A stretch of 64,000 bases of DNA from the NCBI GenBank assembly GCA_048885865.1, contig JBHLLF010000009.1:38768-102767 (forward strand), in the 5' to 3' direction. The translations under genes and the position numbers were made by a program. Source of the DNA: Candidatus Hermodarchaeota archaeon. Lineage in GTDB: Archaea; Asgardarchaeota; Thorarchaeia; Thorarchaeales; Thorarchaeaceae. The notes beneath the pieces are model-generated. The model was not told the DNA's origin and did not search any database. It was given only the letters and a program-made list of their open reading frames with translations. Positions 34,593-47,034 of this stretch are shown here, in pieces; the stretch's first letter is position 1; each line of letters starts with the position of its first letter.

Positions 34593-35642
34593 TCACTGTA
34601 GTTTGTCAGCAAGATAGGTATCGACCACAAAGTCCATTCCATATCTACTGAAGGCCTGTTGCTCGGCTTTTCTTCGCAGCCCTTGAAACTCAGCAATGTG
34701 TTTCTGCCAATCTGGTCCTACGTATCTGATGTCACGTGCAAGCTCGTCTAGTCGTTTGAGGTCTGCGCTGGTCATTGGTTCAGATGGTAGTGAGTATTCT
34801 TGAATATCATCTGGCGTCACTCCAATCCACTCAGCAGCTGGAATTGCTAGACCTGGGATATGGGCGGCATTAGCACTGCCACTCTTCACAACTTGAGCTA
34901 TGTGCATCCCCCAAGGATCGCCATCAGTGAAGAGAAAGACAGGGAGCCTGAAGGCTTCATGCAGTTTTCGCATCAGAGTACGTGTGGATCTTGGAGGCTG
35001 ACCCCCAAGTTGTATAAGAATCGACTGATAGCGTTTCCAGGCCTTGGTTTCAATCAGTCGAGAGAACATACCACCAGACTCAACCGCCAGAATCATCTCT
35101 GCATCTGTTTCAAGAGGATTGGCCGTCATCAGGGCCCTTCCTATTGGAAATCCATCAGGACTCAAGGTGAGATCAACCTCTCGTCCTTCGTACCCAGGGA
35201 CTGTATAACTCATCTTGACTGAGCCAAAAATGGCAGAGTGTTCCTCTGGAAAGATGCCAAAGACTTCACGTGGTTTGCCTGTCAGGCACTCGAGGTCTGT
35301 AATGATGCGATCTGATTCTGCCTGGTCATTGAATCTTACTCCAAAAGCTTCACTGGAGTAATACAGGTCCCTCAATGAACTTGTTCGATTGCTTTCCAAG
35401 AGTTGCTTCGCGAAATATGCAACCCATATCAGTTGAGCAAAGCTTCGGATGTGTTTCAGATTGCTTGAATCTCGCTTAACTCGAGAGTTTCCAAGTACAA
35501 ATTGATTCAGTTTTGAATCAAACTCAATATTATCCGTGCCTCGATTGGGAATGTCAATTGTTGGGAATTCTCCGTCAGTTATAGCCTCATTAATCCGCAC
35601 CCCCATTGCGGTGAGTATGTTGATTGGATTTTGCTCAGACAT
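34593..35642 (-). CDS. top6A: DNA topoisomerase VI subunit A
   Basis: SLRDLYY, Q.ESD, AVESGG, FTDGDPWG, KAEQQA. Confidence 0.95.
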   Translation of the reverse strand: MSEQNPINILTAMGVRINEAITDGEFPTIDIPNRGTDNIEFDSKLNQFVLGNSRVKRDSSNLKHIRSFAQLIWVAYFAKQLLESNRTSSLRDLYYSSEAFGVRFNDQAESDRIITDLECLTGKPREVFGIFPEEHSAIFGSVKMSYTVPGYEGREVDLTLSPDGFPIGRALMTANPLETDAEMILAVESGGMFSRLIETKAWKRYQSILIQLGGQPPRSTRTLMRKLHEAFRLPVFLFTDGDPWGMHIAQVVKSGSANAAHIPGLAIPAAEWIGVTPDDIQEYSLPSEPMTSADLKRLDELARDIRYVGPDWQKHIAEFQGLRRKAEQQAFSRYGMDFVVDTYLADKLQ

Positions 35643-37152
35643 CAGTGTTCACCTCAAACAGAGATTCGACCATATGTGTGGTAGACGGGGGTGGCTCTGA
35701 ATCTGCAAGAGCTGAGCCATATTTGGCAACTATTTCGAACATCTCTGAGAATTCACGCATCTTTCTCGCATCGCGCTTGGCCTTATCGCGGCGACCTGTA
35801 TGCTTCCTCAGCGCGCGCCCAAGCTTTCGAATAAGACCAGTGACCTCTAATTCAATCTCTGCCGCATGTTCCAATGACTGCTTTCCAGCTGCTCTATATG
35901 GTACTTTTGTTGAACCAAAATGGATGAAGAGTGCTACAGGTAGGGACATAGAGAACCCGTAATGCTTCCAATTGATTTGCTTCACAATCTTCGTCATTAC
36001 ATCTTCGCTCCCATCATAGAGTAGGGGGACTCTATTTGCAAAACGATAGAGAGTCGGCGTATCTACATGTGAAAACTCGCTCCCAAACACAATGGCTCCT
36101 TCCACGAAGAACGGATTTCCCTGCCACTCCGAAGGAGGCTGCCTCGAATACTGCTTCCATGAGGGATGAAAGAGAGATTCTATAGAAGTTAGGAAGGGCT
36201 CCTCACCGATTGGACTAAGGCATCTGCTATCAGGACGCCCAAATCCATCAAAGCGGCGTAGAGATGAACTCAGACGGGCGATATCAGCACGTGTGAGAGA
36301 CTCAATTTTAACACCTGCATTGAATCCAATGAATTTCAGAAATCTCGCGGCAGTTCTTGGGCCTACTTGCTGAAATTCATCGATTAGGAAATCTTGGATT
36401 TTCTTTGAAGGGCTCCTTATCATCAATCTCCGAAGTAGTTCCAAATCCGCAGATCTGGGGTGTGGTTTGGAAGATATAGGGAGATCCGGGACCCCTTTTG
36501 ACCAACCGCCTACTCTGACTATTTCGTCTCCGTTGAAGTTCAACTCGATGACTGCGTGAGGAGAGGCAATTGTGCTCAGTCTAACGTATTCAATGACACG
36601 CTCTGAAGCCCGCCTCCAATCACCTCTAAGCGTGAGCGTCACAGTTGTACCGTCTAACAGTCTGACCTCCTCGCGTACGTTCTCAATAATCGGCAAGTTC
36701 TTTTCGATGTCAATAAGGAGGTTGTAGACCCTTCCAGAACCCGAATCATTCTGAGTGTGAACAACGACAGGCGAATCAGTAGTGATTTGGCTGTACAGGA
36801 TTGCCATCGTCACTCCAAGTCCAAAAGTTCCTCTCTTCTGCCTCAGATCGTATTTGCTGCCATACAAGACTCTTCCAAATGCCTCAGGTACTTTCTGATA
36901 GGGAATTCCTGTACCATTGTCAGTAACTTTAATGCACAATATATCAGAAGACTGAGCAGCGATATCGACCTTTATTTGCGGAATGCGCTGTGCATCTTCG
37001 CAGGCATCTAGGCTGTTTTCAACGAGTTCTCGCACCGTAGAATAGACTGCTTGCGTTGAGTTCCCAAATCCTGCCATTTGGCGATTCCTGTAAAAGAACT
37101 CGGCAGGCGAGAGACTGCGAAAACCTTCCACAGATTGGTCCATCACGGTCAT
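35635..37152 (-). CDS. top6B: DNA topoisomerase VI subunit B
   Basis: SPAEFFYRN, ELVENSLDA, DNGTG, RGTFGLG, RFANRVPLLY. Confidence 0.95.
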   Translation of the reverse strand: MTVMDQSVEGFRSLSPAEFFYRNRQMAGFGNSTQAVYSTVRELVENSLDACEDAQRIPQIKVDIAAQSSDILCIKVTDNGTGIPYQKVPEAFGRVLYGSKYDLRQKRGTFGLGVTMAILYSQITTDSPVVVHTQNDSGSGRVYNLLIDIEKNLPIIENVREEVRLLDGTTVTLTLRGDWRRASERVIEYVRLSTIASPHAVIELNFNGDEIVRVGGWSKGVPDLPISSKPHPRSADLELLRRLMIRSPSKKIQDFLIDEFQQVGPRTAARFLKFIGFNAGVKIESLTRADIARLSSSLRRFDGFGRPDSRCLSPIGEEPFLTSIESLFHPSWKQYSRQPPSEWQGNPFFVEGAIVFGSEFSHVDTPTLYRFANRVPLLYDGSEDVMTKIVKQINWKHYGFSMSLPVALFIHFGSTKVPYRAAGKQSLEHAAEIELEVTGLIRKLGRALRKHTGRRDKAKRDARKMREFSEMFEIVAKYGSALADSEPPPSTTHMVESLFEVNTDV

Positions 37153-37205
37153 TGTACAACAGTTGAGAGGGCCTATGGCATTATTAGCTCGGGTATTACA
37201 TCGCT

Positions 37206-37772
37206 TCAGAGATCGGTGTCTTCCCAGATCTCCGCCTCCATTCTACTCATGTTTCTACGGGCTCTCTCCAACATTCCGTATACTGCACCATGAGGGGCTC
37301 CGCCAATGAGCATGTCTATGGCTTTCTGGGCATATTGTAGGCCAGGATCATATCCGATGAGAGATACTGTTCTGCCATAGATCGAAATCTTTGACTCCGT
37401 AATCTGTTCTATTGCTCGTCTAGTTCTACCGTTCTCTCCTATGATCCTGCCAGCTACTCGCTTTAGTTGGTTAGGGGATGAACCAACTACTTCACGCAAT
37501 GAGATTACGAGTAGACGTGCATCTTCATCAATGAGGGACAGTGCATTCTTGGGGCTGAATCCACGAGCCATGGCTCGAATTATGTCTTTGGCTTTCCAAG
37601 CTAGGACTGGATCCTCCGTGTCCTCACGACCGGTTATCTTTACGATGCCCTCTGAGTCGACTTCTATTTTTGTGTTTGTCAACTTCTCTACTCTCTTTCT
37701 CACTCTACCGTTACGACCTACGATGACGCCAACACGTTCTGCTGGCACTCTGACGGTTTCATGTAAGTGCAT
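37206..37772 (-). CDS. KH-domain pre-rRNA processing protein (Dim2/Pno1)
   Basis: RVGVIVGRNG, ARGFSP, GRIIGENGRTR, GAPHGAVY. Confidence 0.92.
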   Translation of the reverse strand: MHLHETVRVPAERVGVIVGRNGRVRKRVEKLTNTKIEVDSEGIVKITGREDTEDPVLAWKAKDIIRAMARGFSPKNALSLIDEDARLLVISLREVVGSSPNQLKRVAGRIIGENGRTRRAIEQITESKISIYGRTVSLIGYDPGLQYAQKAIDMLIGGAPHGAVYGMLERARRNMSRMEAEIWEDTDL

Positions 37773-38561
37773 CTAATCTTCACCAGAGGACAGTATCTCT
37801 TTTGTTATCTCCTTTGGGTCTTGAGCCTCCACCCCGAGCTTCTGGAAAAAGGTTGTGATGTTGCTAATATCTCGAAGCAGATACCGGCTTGCATGGTCAT
37901 GATTCTTGAGAACGGCCTGTGACACGTCGATGATCACAGGTCCTTCTTGCCAGAGGATATTGTATTCACTTAGGTCCGCATGGACAAGTCCTGCCTTATT
38001 ATAGCCAGCATAAATCATGTTGATGATTTCATTGAATGTATCAACTGGAGATTCGATTTCTACGTTCTTCATCAGTCTAGCTGGTGTTCCAGCTTCTAAA
38101 TCACCAATGAACTCCATAACAAGTACATTCCGTTGAATGTCGATGGGCTTGGGAACACGAACTCCTGCTTCATGATACCGATTCAGGTTCTTATACTCCT
38201 TCAATGCCCATTGTGGAATCAGAGTTCTGCTGCGGCGGCCAACACGTTTGAACCGAGGATCACCCACTATATACTCAAGCATATAGTCTGTTTCAGCAGT
38301 ACTCACACGGAAGATCTTGACGGCGACTGGTGTGCCTTCAGGGTCTTCACCGGTGTAAACATTGGCTTCCTTTCCAGTACTGATTGTGCCATGAATCACA
38401 TTGATTGTACCTCTATTGAGAAGCTTGTATAAAGCCTTCAAGGTTGGAGGGTCAATTACACCCTCGATTACCTTGAATTCATCTGAGTCCTTCCGCCGTT
38501 TCATCTTTCGGCGATCAAGCTCGGATAGAAGTCGCTCATGCTTCTTGTCTAGGTCTTTCAA
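37773..38561 (-). CDS. rio1: RIO1 serine kinase
   Basis: ISTGKEANVY, AVKIFR, VHADLSEYN, IDVSQAV. Confidence 0.95.
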   Translation of the reverse strand: MKDLDKKHERLLSELDRRKMKRRKDSDEFKVIEGVIDPPTLKALYKLLNRGTINVIHGTISTGKEANVYTGEDPEGTPVAVKIFRVSTAETDYMLEYIVGDPRFKRVGRRSRTLIPQWALKEYKNLNRYHEAGVRVPKPIDIQRNVLVMEFIGDLEAGTPARLMKNVEIESPVDTFNEIINMIYAGYNKAGLVHADLSEYNILWQEGPVIIDVSQAVLKNHDHASRYLLRDISNITTFFQKLGVEAQDPKEITKEILSSGED

Positions 38562-38637
38562 CTTGCCATGACTTCCTAAGAGAGCCAGTTGAACTGAACT
38601 CAGTGCTAGTCTGGCTGCATTTCAGAAAAAGGTTAGC

Positions 38638-38991
38638 CTAGAACATCTTCAGAAGACCCCTCTTCTGAAGCCAGTCCAGTTCATTGCCTCGGTATCTGTA
38701 GACAACATCACACTTCTGATCGGATTGGAAGTCCCAAGGCAAAATTATGACCGTGTCACCAACACGCATCCAGACTCGTTTCTTCATTCGACCGGGTATA
38801 CGTCCGACCCGAATCTCACCATCCTCACATCGCACCCTGACTCTATCGAAGCCCAACATCTGGATGATGATTCCATACATCTCTCCATCATCGCGTCGAG
38901 GAGTTCTAACTCGGACTAGTTCTTCGGTTTGGGAATCCTGTGGTTTGCGTTTACCTTTACGGGACAAAATAATCCTCCGTTCATGGTCCAT
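38638..38991 (-). CDS. eif1a: Translation initiation factor 1A (start probably TTG ~38967)
   Basis: MLGFDRVRVRCEDG...RIPGRMKKRVWMRVGD...PWDFQ. Confidence 0.95.
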   Translation of the reverse strand: MDHERRIILSRKGKRKPQDSQTEELVRVRTPRRDDGEMYGIIIQMLGFDRVRVRCEDGEIRVGRIPGRMKKRVWMRVGDTVIILPWDFQSDQKCDVVYRYRGNELDWLQKRGLLKMF

Positions 38992-39067
38992 ACTATGGAG
39001 TGCTTAGGACCTGAATCTCAGTGCCGAGGGTATCCATTTAAGCGTAGCTCTCCACACATCCGAGAAT

Positions 39068-40156
39068 TCAGTCAGTAGGTGGAATCAGGAATACTCGGTC
39101 GTCCAAGTAAAGTCCAAAAGCTGTATCGCCATTTGATACATCTATTGTCATGTCCTTCTGGTCAATCTCATGCATTTCAAAGCTCTCAGAGTCCATGATT
39201 TGGACTGGTTGATTTTGGAGATTCGATACTACAATGAATTGACGCTTGTCGGATTCTGGTGCAATGAACTCGATAGTCCGCCACTTTGCGCTTTTTGGAT
39301 TGATTGTGAATCTATTCCCATTCTTGAGATCATAGCAACTGAGGCCACCACGACCCATTGCTGTCACCTGACATGGCTTTGAGTCAACTCGTATGAAGTC
39401 CCCAGGTGCGAATCTCTGAAGACGAATGAGGACGGTTATCCGATACTTCTTCTTACCACCCTTGTCTTCGCCAATTAGTTTGTAGTTTTCCTTGCGCTCG
39501 GCAAGATACCTTTGCTGAAGATCGTCTGCTATTCGTTTGCAAAGGTGCTCAGAACCAATCTTGAAGTCTAGTCCATATTTGTTCCTGCTTATCTCCGTCA
39601 CGAAGGCCTTGATGTCCTTGCCATAATCTGCCACAGTTAAATCCGTGACCACTGAAACTATCTCATCCTCTTCCCCATCTGTAATTGATCTCTCATCAGC
39701 TCGAACCTGAAGTATAGCTTCATGGTAACCTCCACTCATCATAGCACATGTATCACATGTCGCATAGCTGAATCGCAACTCGACAGGGTAACTCTCAGAA
39801 TGTGCACCTAGAAACGGATTCGAAGTTCCTGCCGCAATTACCATGATATTACGTACTCTGTCCAGTATCTTTTCCTCTGTGTACTCTAGCTGGACGCCGT
39901 CAACATTCAGCTCAACTTCCTGTTGCAAAAGAATCTCGATTTGACGATCTATAAGCTCTTCAGGGTCAGACGGCTGTTTGATAATCGTCTTCCATCCACC
40001 GGGTACTTTTACTGCTCCGCACCGTTTGCAAGTAGTTAGTTTGAGTGGAGACCTGACCTCGACTAATGGGTGTGCTATTCTATAGCATTCAGCACAGAGC
40101 CCATCAATCTCGGACTTATTTCCGCACTCGTAACAGGGAGCAGTCAAGGTCATCAA
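39068..40156 (-). CDS. nmd3: NMD3 family ribosome biogenesis protein
   Basis: Four CxxC pairs, GGYHEAILQVR, C-terminal OB-like region. Confidence 0.9.
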   Translation of the reverse strand: MMTLTAPCYECGNKSEIDGLCAECYRIAHPLVEVRSPLKLTTCKRCGAVKVPGGWKTIIKQPSDPEELIDRQIEILLQQEVELNVDGVQLEYTEEKILDRVRNIMVIAAGTSNPFLGAHSESYPVELRFSYATCDTCAMMSGGYHEAILQVRADERSITDGEEDEIVSVVTDLTVADYGKDIKAFVTEISRNKYGLDFKIGSEHLCKRIADDLQQRYLAERKENYKLIGEDKGGKKKYRITVLIRLQRFAPGDFIRVDSKPCQVTAMGRGGLSCYDLKNGNRFTINPKSAKWRTIEFIAPESDKRQFIVVSNLQNQPVQIMDSESFEMHEIDQKDMTIDVSNGDTAFGLYLDDRVFLIPPTD

Positions 40157-40259
40157 CCGTGATAGATTACTGATTCCTTAAAACGTGGTAGGATTCACCA
40201 GCGTGTTGAACTCTTCGTGTCATCGGAAGCCTTTTTTGAATTATGATTAATAACCCTTC

Positions 40260-40691
40260 ATGCCTCGAAGGAAGCAGTTCAGAAAGGTTTCTGAAGAGCC
40301 CTCGATATCCATCTTTAAGCCTGCTGGCATTCCTGCAAAAGAGCTAGATGAGATTCTCATTACAGTTGACGAATTTGAGGCAGTGAGACTGGCTGATTAC
40401 GAGGGAATGAATCAGAGAGAAGCCAGCGATGTAATGCATGTTAGCCAACCCACGTTCAATCGGATTTTGACTTCGGCAAGAAAGAAGATTGCAGAGACCA
40501 TAGTACGTGGAATTGTGCTCCGGATCGAGGGGGGAGAATATGTCCTGCCCTGTGATGTTCGTGTTTTTGAATGCGAAAAATGCAGGAATACAATAGAGGC
40601 TCCTCTAGGACAACCTAGACCTAAGATTTGTCCCGAGTGTGGTTCAGACACTCTATACAGAAAGAAGATGCTCAAAGAAGCCAATGAGTGA
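40260..40691 (+). CDS. DUF134 HTH protein with C-terminal Zn ribbon
   Basis: MPR...FKPAG...DEFEAVRLADYEG..Q..A...M.VSQPTF; CxxC...CPEC. Confidence 0.9.
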   Translation: MPRRKQFRKVSEEPSISIFKPAGIPAKELDEILITVDEFEAVRLADYEGMNQREASDVMHVSQPTFNRILTSARKKIAETIVRGIVLRIEGGEYVLPCDVRVFECEKCRNTIEAPLGQPRPKICPECGSDTLYRKKMLKEANE

Positions 40692-40697
40692 TCCAAA

Positions 40698-41099
40698 ATG
40701 ACTTTACACAAAATAGCAGTGCCAGCGATTTCTGAGCAGGGACTTGACAGTCCATTAAGTGCACATTTCGGTCATAGCCCAATGTTTGTTATTTCCACTG
40801 TTGAAGACGGAAGGGTTGTTCAGGTGGAAACTCTGAGGAATGCAGGGCATTCCAGTTGTGCTGAACCGGTGATCGCATTGGCAGACAGAGGGGTCAAGGT
40901 CCTAATAGTATCAGGAATGGGAGGTCGACCGTACATGGTGACTCAGCAAGTGGGAATCTCTGTAGTCAAAGCAGAAGGAGTCACAGTGAGGGAGGTCCTG
41001 AACAACTATCTGGAAGGAATTGCATCGGACATGGGAATGGACGCACTCTGTGGTGGGAAACCAAAGACAGGATGTGGTGGAGAACCACATAATCACTAA
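40698..41099 (+). CDS. NifB/NifX-family (FeMo-co-like) protein
   Basis: KIAVP...SAHFGHSPMF...GMGGR. Confidence 0.88.
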   Translation: MTLHKIAVPAISEQGLDSPLSAHFGHSPMFVISTVEDGRVVQVETLRNAGHSSCAEPVIALADRGVKVLIVSGMGGRPYMVTQQVGISVVKAEGVTVREVLNNYLEGIASDMGMDALCGGKPKTGCGGEPHNH

Positions 41100-41398
41100 A
41101 GACGAACCCATTGGGCGTGTGGATGTCCCTCTATATAGGCGACGGCTTGTTCATGTACGAAACCTGCCTTCATTGCAGTCTTGACGCTTGTTGAGCCAAC
41201 CATGTTTGCAATGGTTGCTTTGTTGAGATGCTCGACACAGACCTTGACATCAACCAATTCGTTCCCATAGAACTCTGGAGAAACCTTGAACTCGACTGCA
41301 CCCTCCGTCAGCGTCTTTCCGAGAAGCGCCTCGTCACACATAGCAACTACATAATGTCCGTCATGTGTTTCACGTGCGCGCATGTAGACATTAGGCAT
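41096..41398 (-). CDS. DUF424 family protein
   Basis: VVAMCDEALLGK...FYG...ATIANMVG...HAQ. Confidence 0.88.
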   Translation of the reverse strand: MPNVYMRARETHDGHYVVAMCDEALLGKTLTEGAVEFKVSPEFYGNELVDVKVCVEHLNKATIANMVGSTSVKTAMKAGFVHEQAVAYIEGHPHAQWVRL

Positions 41399-41412
41399 AC
41401 GTATTTCTCCTA

Positions 41413-41838
41413 TCAGACCGGTCTTACTGAAGTTCGAGCTCCGCATGCTGAGCAGCTTAGATAGTAAGCATTGCCCTCTTTGGCCATGCTAGTGTCTGGA
41501 CGTGTGCATACTGGACAAATAACATATGATTCGATGTATCTGCCCAATACATCATCTACTTGATCAGACATAAACTTCCCATTGAAGATAGCATTGCTCC
41601 CTTCGATATTGCCTGCTGTGGCTAGCTGACCGGCCACGTATTTGAGCACCTCTTTCCCTGGACGGTTCAGAATGTTGATTATCTCCTGAAAGTTCTGCCA
41701 AAAACTTCTACTGCCCTGAACCATCAATTGGACTGCCGGAACTTGGAATCTCTCTCCAGACCTCTTGAATGCATCTTCTGGAACTTGAGAACGCGCCCTT
41801 TCCAGTAGACTCTCGTAGTCGTCCATAATCCAAATCAC
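41413..41838 (-). CDS. eif2b: Translation initiation factor 2 beta subunit
   Basis: YESLLERA, ERFQVP, YVICPVCTRPDT...CSACGA. Confidence 0.95.
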   Translation of the reverse strand: MIWIMDDYESLLERARSQVPEDAFKRSGERFQVPAVQLMVQGSRSFWQNFQEIINILNRPGKEVLKYVAGQLATAGNIEGSNAIFNGKFMSDQVDDVLGRYIESYVICPVCTRPDTSMAKEGNAYYLSCSACGARTSVRPV

Positions 41839-41875
41839 TCGGCATTCGCTATTAAGCTGTCGCTCTGTACTTCGT

Positions 41876-42616
41876 TCAGGAGTCAGCCAGACGATAGACC
41901 CCGACTTTAACTTCTACCAGACTTCCCTGACCTTGAAGATCTAGGACCTTTAGCTGAATATCTGTCCTGTCATGTCCTTTCTCTTCAAAAAAATTGACAA
42001 TAGATGCTATAGGAACACCTTCTTCCTCAGAGTTCTCTTCGATGTACTGCATAATCTGTTTGTAGATTTTGCCAGAAACCGGCTTTCCTTTCTTCTCCGG
42101 AGGCTTCTCTACAACTTCGCGTTTCGGAGGTGGAGCCGATTCCTCGAAAAAGTCCTGCGATTCAGAAATAGCTTCGAGTGACACCCCGGTGCGAGTGAGC
42201 ATTGCAGCATATCGTTCTAGCTGATGGACAGTCATGTAATTTGGGTCGTCGAGTTCTCGCACTATTTCGGGAGAAACGTAGATTTCACCCTGGTACTCTT
42301 TTATTTTCCCGATAATGAGCGCTAGAATATTCGCCTGAACCTTCTCGAGAGAAGATGCTTCACTACCCCAAGCCTTTGCTCTAATAGTTTCAGTTCCATC
42401 ATCAATTGTTATGCTTGCATAGCCTTCTTTCGAATAATGATCGACTATTAGACCAACTAGAGCAACTCTTCGCAATTCTACGCCATATGGAGAGATAACA
42501 TGAGAGCCATTATCATCCCCAAAGGTTCCGTTCACAATATCACTCACTGCAGCTCGTACCGCAGTCATTCTCTCTCGACTCAGGGTAGTCCACCTGTCTG
42601 TACTTGTTTTGTTCAC
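41876..42616 (-). CDS. RPA2/RPA32-like OB-fold ssDNA-binding protein with C-terminal winged helix
   Basis: RVALVGLIV...ITIDDGTETIRAKAW...IIGKIKEY; linker; wH ending EVKVGVYR. Confidence 0.8.
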   Translation of the reverse strand: MNKTSTDRWTTLSRERMTAVRAAVSDIVNGTFGDDNGSHVISPYGVELRRVALVGLIVDHYSKEGYASITIDDGTETIRAKAWGSEASSLEKVQANILALIIGKIKEYQGEIYVSPEIVRELDDPNYMTVHQLERYAAMLTRTGVSLEAISESQDFFEESAPPPKREVVEKPPEKKGKPVSGKIYKQIMQYIEENSEEEGVPIASIVNFFEEKGHDRTDIQLKVLDLQGQGSLVEVKVGVYRLADS

Positions 42617-42654
42617 TCTTCAGTATTTATCGTTCTCTATATGATTAGAATCTT

Positions 42655-43686
42655 CTAGAAGAAGTCTGTTAGTGAACTCTGATGAGTAGATTCTCTTAGC
42701 TCCCTTTGAGCTTCTTCCAAGCGTTCTAGAGACTTCTCGACCCGATTTGAGCTGAAGTCGTGCTTTCCACAGAGGATTCGAACAATCGCGTCACGATCAG
42801 GATCGGCCCACTTTGGCTCCACAACATCCATCTTGGGGGGATTCAGAAAGATTTTCCTTATCTCTTCGTAGGGAAAGTCCAGTTTAATCTCGCGTTCCTT
42901 CTCGATTTTCTCAAGACTTCCATACTGCTTGACCCATTTCAGTGCAGTCTTGGGTCCTACTCCCTCCAACTTGTCATTGTAGTCGGTGCCAATAAGGATA
43001 GCAATGTCAATGAGCTGTTCTCGAGTTATCTCCAAGTGCTTGAGATTCAGGTCCAAGTCAATGATTTCAGGACTGATTGTCCTATACTTGGAGCGTCCAA
43101 ATCTCCTTCTTCCTGAGATATTCAGATTTCTAATCATCCGAGGACAGTTGTATAACAGTGAGTCATTGTCCTGACTTGCACTTGCCCATACGACGTTAGC
43201 CCTAGTCATCTGCGCCGCCAGAGCCTCACCCTCGGATAGCGCCTGTATCACTGGGATCCCGAGAGCTTCCAGCAGCTCTTTACTCTCCTCAATCATGGGA
43301 CTAGTTAGTCTAGAGCTGGCTTGCCCAGCCTTCCGTGCATCCTCAATTCGACCTTCTGCCTTGGCTCGTGCCCACTCCTCTCTTGCCGCCTCGCGAATTT
43401 CTTGTCGTCGTTGAACCTCTGCAGCCTTTAGCGTGGGAGCCTCACCATCGAATACAAAGACCGGACTAATTCCATTCTCAAGTAAGTTAAGGTTTCGATA
43501 GAAGAGTCCAGAGAGATGACTGGTCACACGACCTTGTCGATCCATGAGGGGCGTCCCATCTGGTTGTCTGATGCTTGCGAGAAAGGCATAGATTGTGTTG
43601 AAGGCATCAATCGCAATTTTGCGTCCACCAAGCTCTCTCAATGAGATTGGCTCGGCGGTCACTATATCACCTAGTTTGGTACCCAT
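42655..43686 (-). CDS. fen: Flap endonuclease 1
   Basis: AIDAFN, IRQPDGTPL, SEGEA, GTDYN, PIP box QSSLTDFF. Confidence 0.97.
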   Translation of the reverse strand: MGTKLGDIVTAEPISLRELGGRKIAIDAFNTIYAFLASIRQPDGTPLMDRQGRVTSHLSGLFYRNLNLLENGISPVFVFDGEAPTLKAAEVQRRQEIREAAREEWARAKAEGRIEDARKAGQASSRLTSPMIEESKELLEALGIPVIQALSEGEALAAQMTRANVVWASASQDNDSLLYNCPRMIRNLNISGRRRFGRSKYRTISPEIIDLDLNLKHLEITREQLIDIAILIGTDYNDKLEGVGPKTALKWVKQYGSLEKIEKEREIKLDFPYEEIRKIFLNPPKMDVVEPKWADPDRDAIVRILCGKHDFSSNRVEKSLERLEEAQRELRESTHQSSLTDFF

Positions 43687-43852
43687 AAGATTCTCTCCAG
43701 ACTTACTAGCGGGTCTTCATAGTCCCTACAGCCATATATGGATTGAGCTCAATCGTGATGAGTTGCGCAAGGTATACGCTTCGACAGGTTTATAAAAACC
43801 GCACAGCTGGGCCCATGAAACGCAACCAGCGATAATACCCTCTGGTGATAAT

Positions 43853-44029
43853 TTGTCCAATATGAGAGCTATCAGATGCACTTCATGTCACCGTTCAATC
43901 TCTCCACAGGAGAACAGTGTGAAGTTTCAGTGTCCATCATGCGGCGAGTTCATGATTTGGCGGTGTGAGGTCTGTAGACGTTTCTCTGTCAAGTATAGCT
44001 GCCCCAATTGCGCGTTCGAGGGCCCATAG
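43853..44029 (+). CDS. Zn-ribbon protein DUF1610/HVO_2753-like (not in ORF track)
   Basis: Manual translation gives ...CTSCHRSISPQENSVKFQCPSCGEFMIWRCEVCRRFSVKYSCPNCAFEGP*. Usual position before EF1beta. Confidence 0.92.
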   Translation: MSNMRAIRCTSCHRSISPQENSVKFQCPSCGEFMIWRCEVCRRFSVKYSCPNCAFEGP

Positions 44030-44051
44030 TCAGAAATGGAGTTGATTTGTA

Positions 44052-44318
44052 ATGGCACGAGTTGTTGTCACATTAAAGGTAATGCCAGAAGACGTAGATG
44101 TCAATCTCGAGGACTTATTGGAACGCATCAAGTCTAATATTCCGGATGGGACAGATGTCCGAGCAACTGAGATAGTTCCAGTGGCATTTGGCTTGAAGGC
44201 GCTAAGGATGAATGTTGCCAGAGAAGAATCGATGGGTGGCACTGACGATATCGAAGCGGCGATTGGTTCTCTTGAAGGTGTGGCTCAGGTCGAAGTCGAA
44301 ATGGTTTCGCGCATGTAG
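44052..44318 (+). CDS. ef1b: Elongation factor 1-beta
   Basis: LKVMPE...PVAFGLKAL. Confidence 0.95.
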   Translation: MARVVVTLKVMPEDVDVNLEDLLERIKSNIPDGTDVRATEIVPVAFGLKALRMNVAREESMGGTDDIEAAIGSLEGVAQVEVEMVSRM

Positions 44319-44492
44319 AGGGATTCGCGCCAACTGCATACAGCATTTCGAAATAACGATTAGAACTCAGAGTTTATAACTAGTCTTTTATCGAAATCTT
44401 CTGTGAATCAACTCCTCTTGGAGCCTGATTATATCGGTGTTAAAAAACCCTTTATGGGAACCTGAGAGAGAGGAGTTGAAGGTCGTCTGTAA

Positions 44493-46748
<2,256 letters not shown>

Positions 46749-46762
46749 AGAGGGAAAAAGGA

Positions 46763-47023
46763 ATGACTTCGTGGAGCGTCATGCCTCTTAGAAACATTGT
46801 GATGGATATACTTCAGAAGAGAAGAGGCGTCATTCTTGATGATGAGCTCGGGAGATCTCTGAAGAAGGCACTTGGTCAAGAGCCAAGCGATGCTGAATTA
46901 AACTCTGCGCTAATGGAGCTGGAGATTAACGGTCTCGTGCATGTGAGTCAAATCACAAAGACGAAGAGAAGAATCGAAGTTATAACTGAAGGACACGAGT
47001 TCCTGGCTGTCGATGAAGACTAG
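46763..47023 (+). CDS. Small winged-helix-like protein downstream of cdc48
   Basis: PLRNIVMDIL...SDAELNSALMELEINGLVHV. Confidence 0.75.
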   Translation: MTSWSVMPLRNIVMDILQKRRGVILDDELGRSLKKALGQEPSDAELNSALMELEINGLVHVSQITKTKRRIEVITEGHEFLAVDED

Positions 47024-47034
47024 TAGAGGCACGG

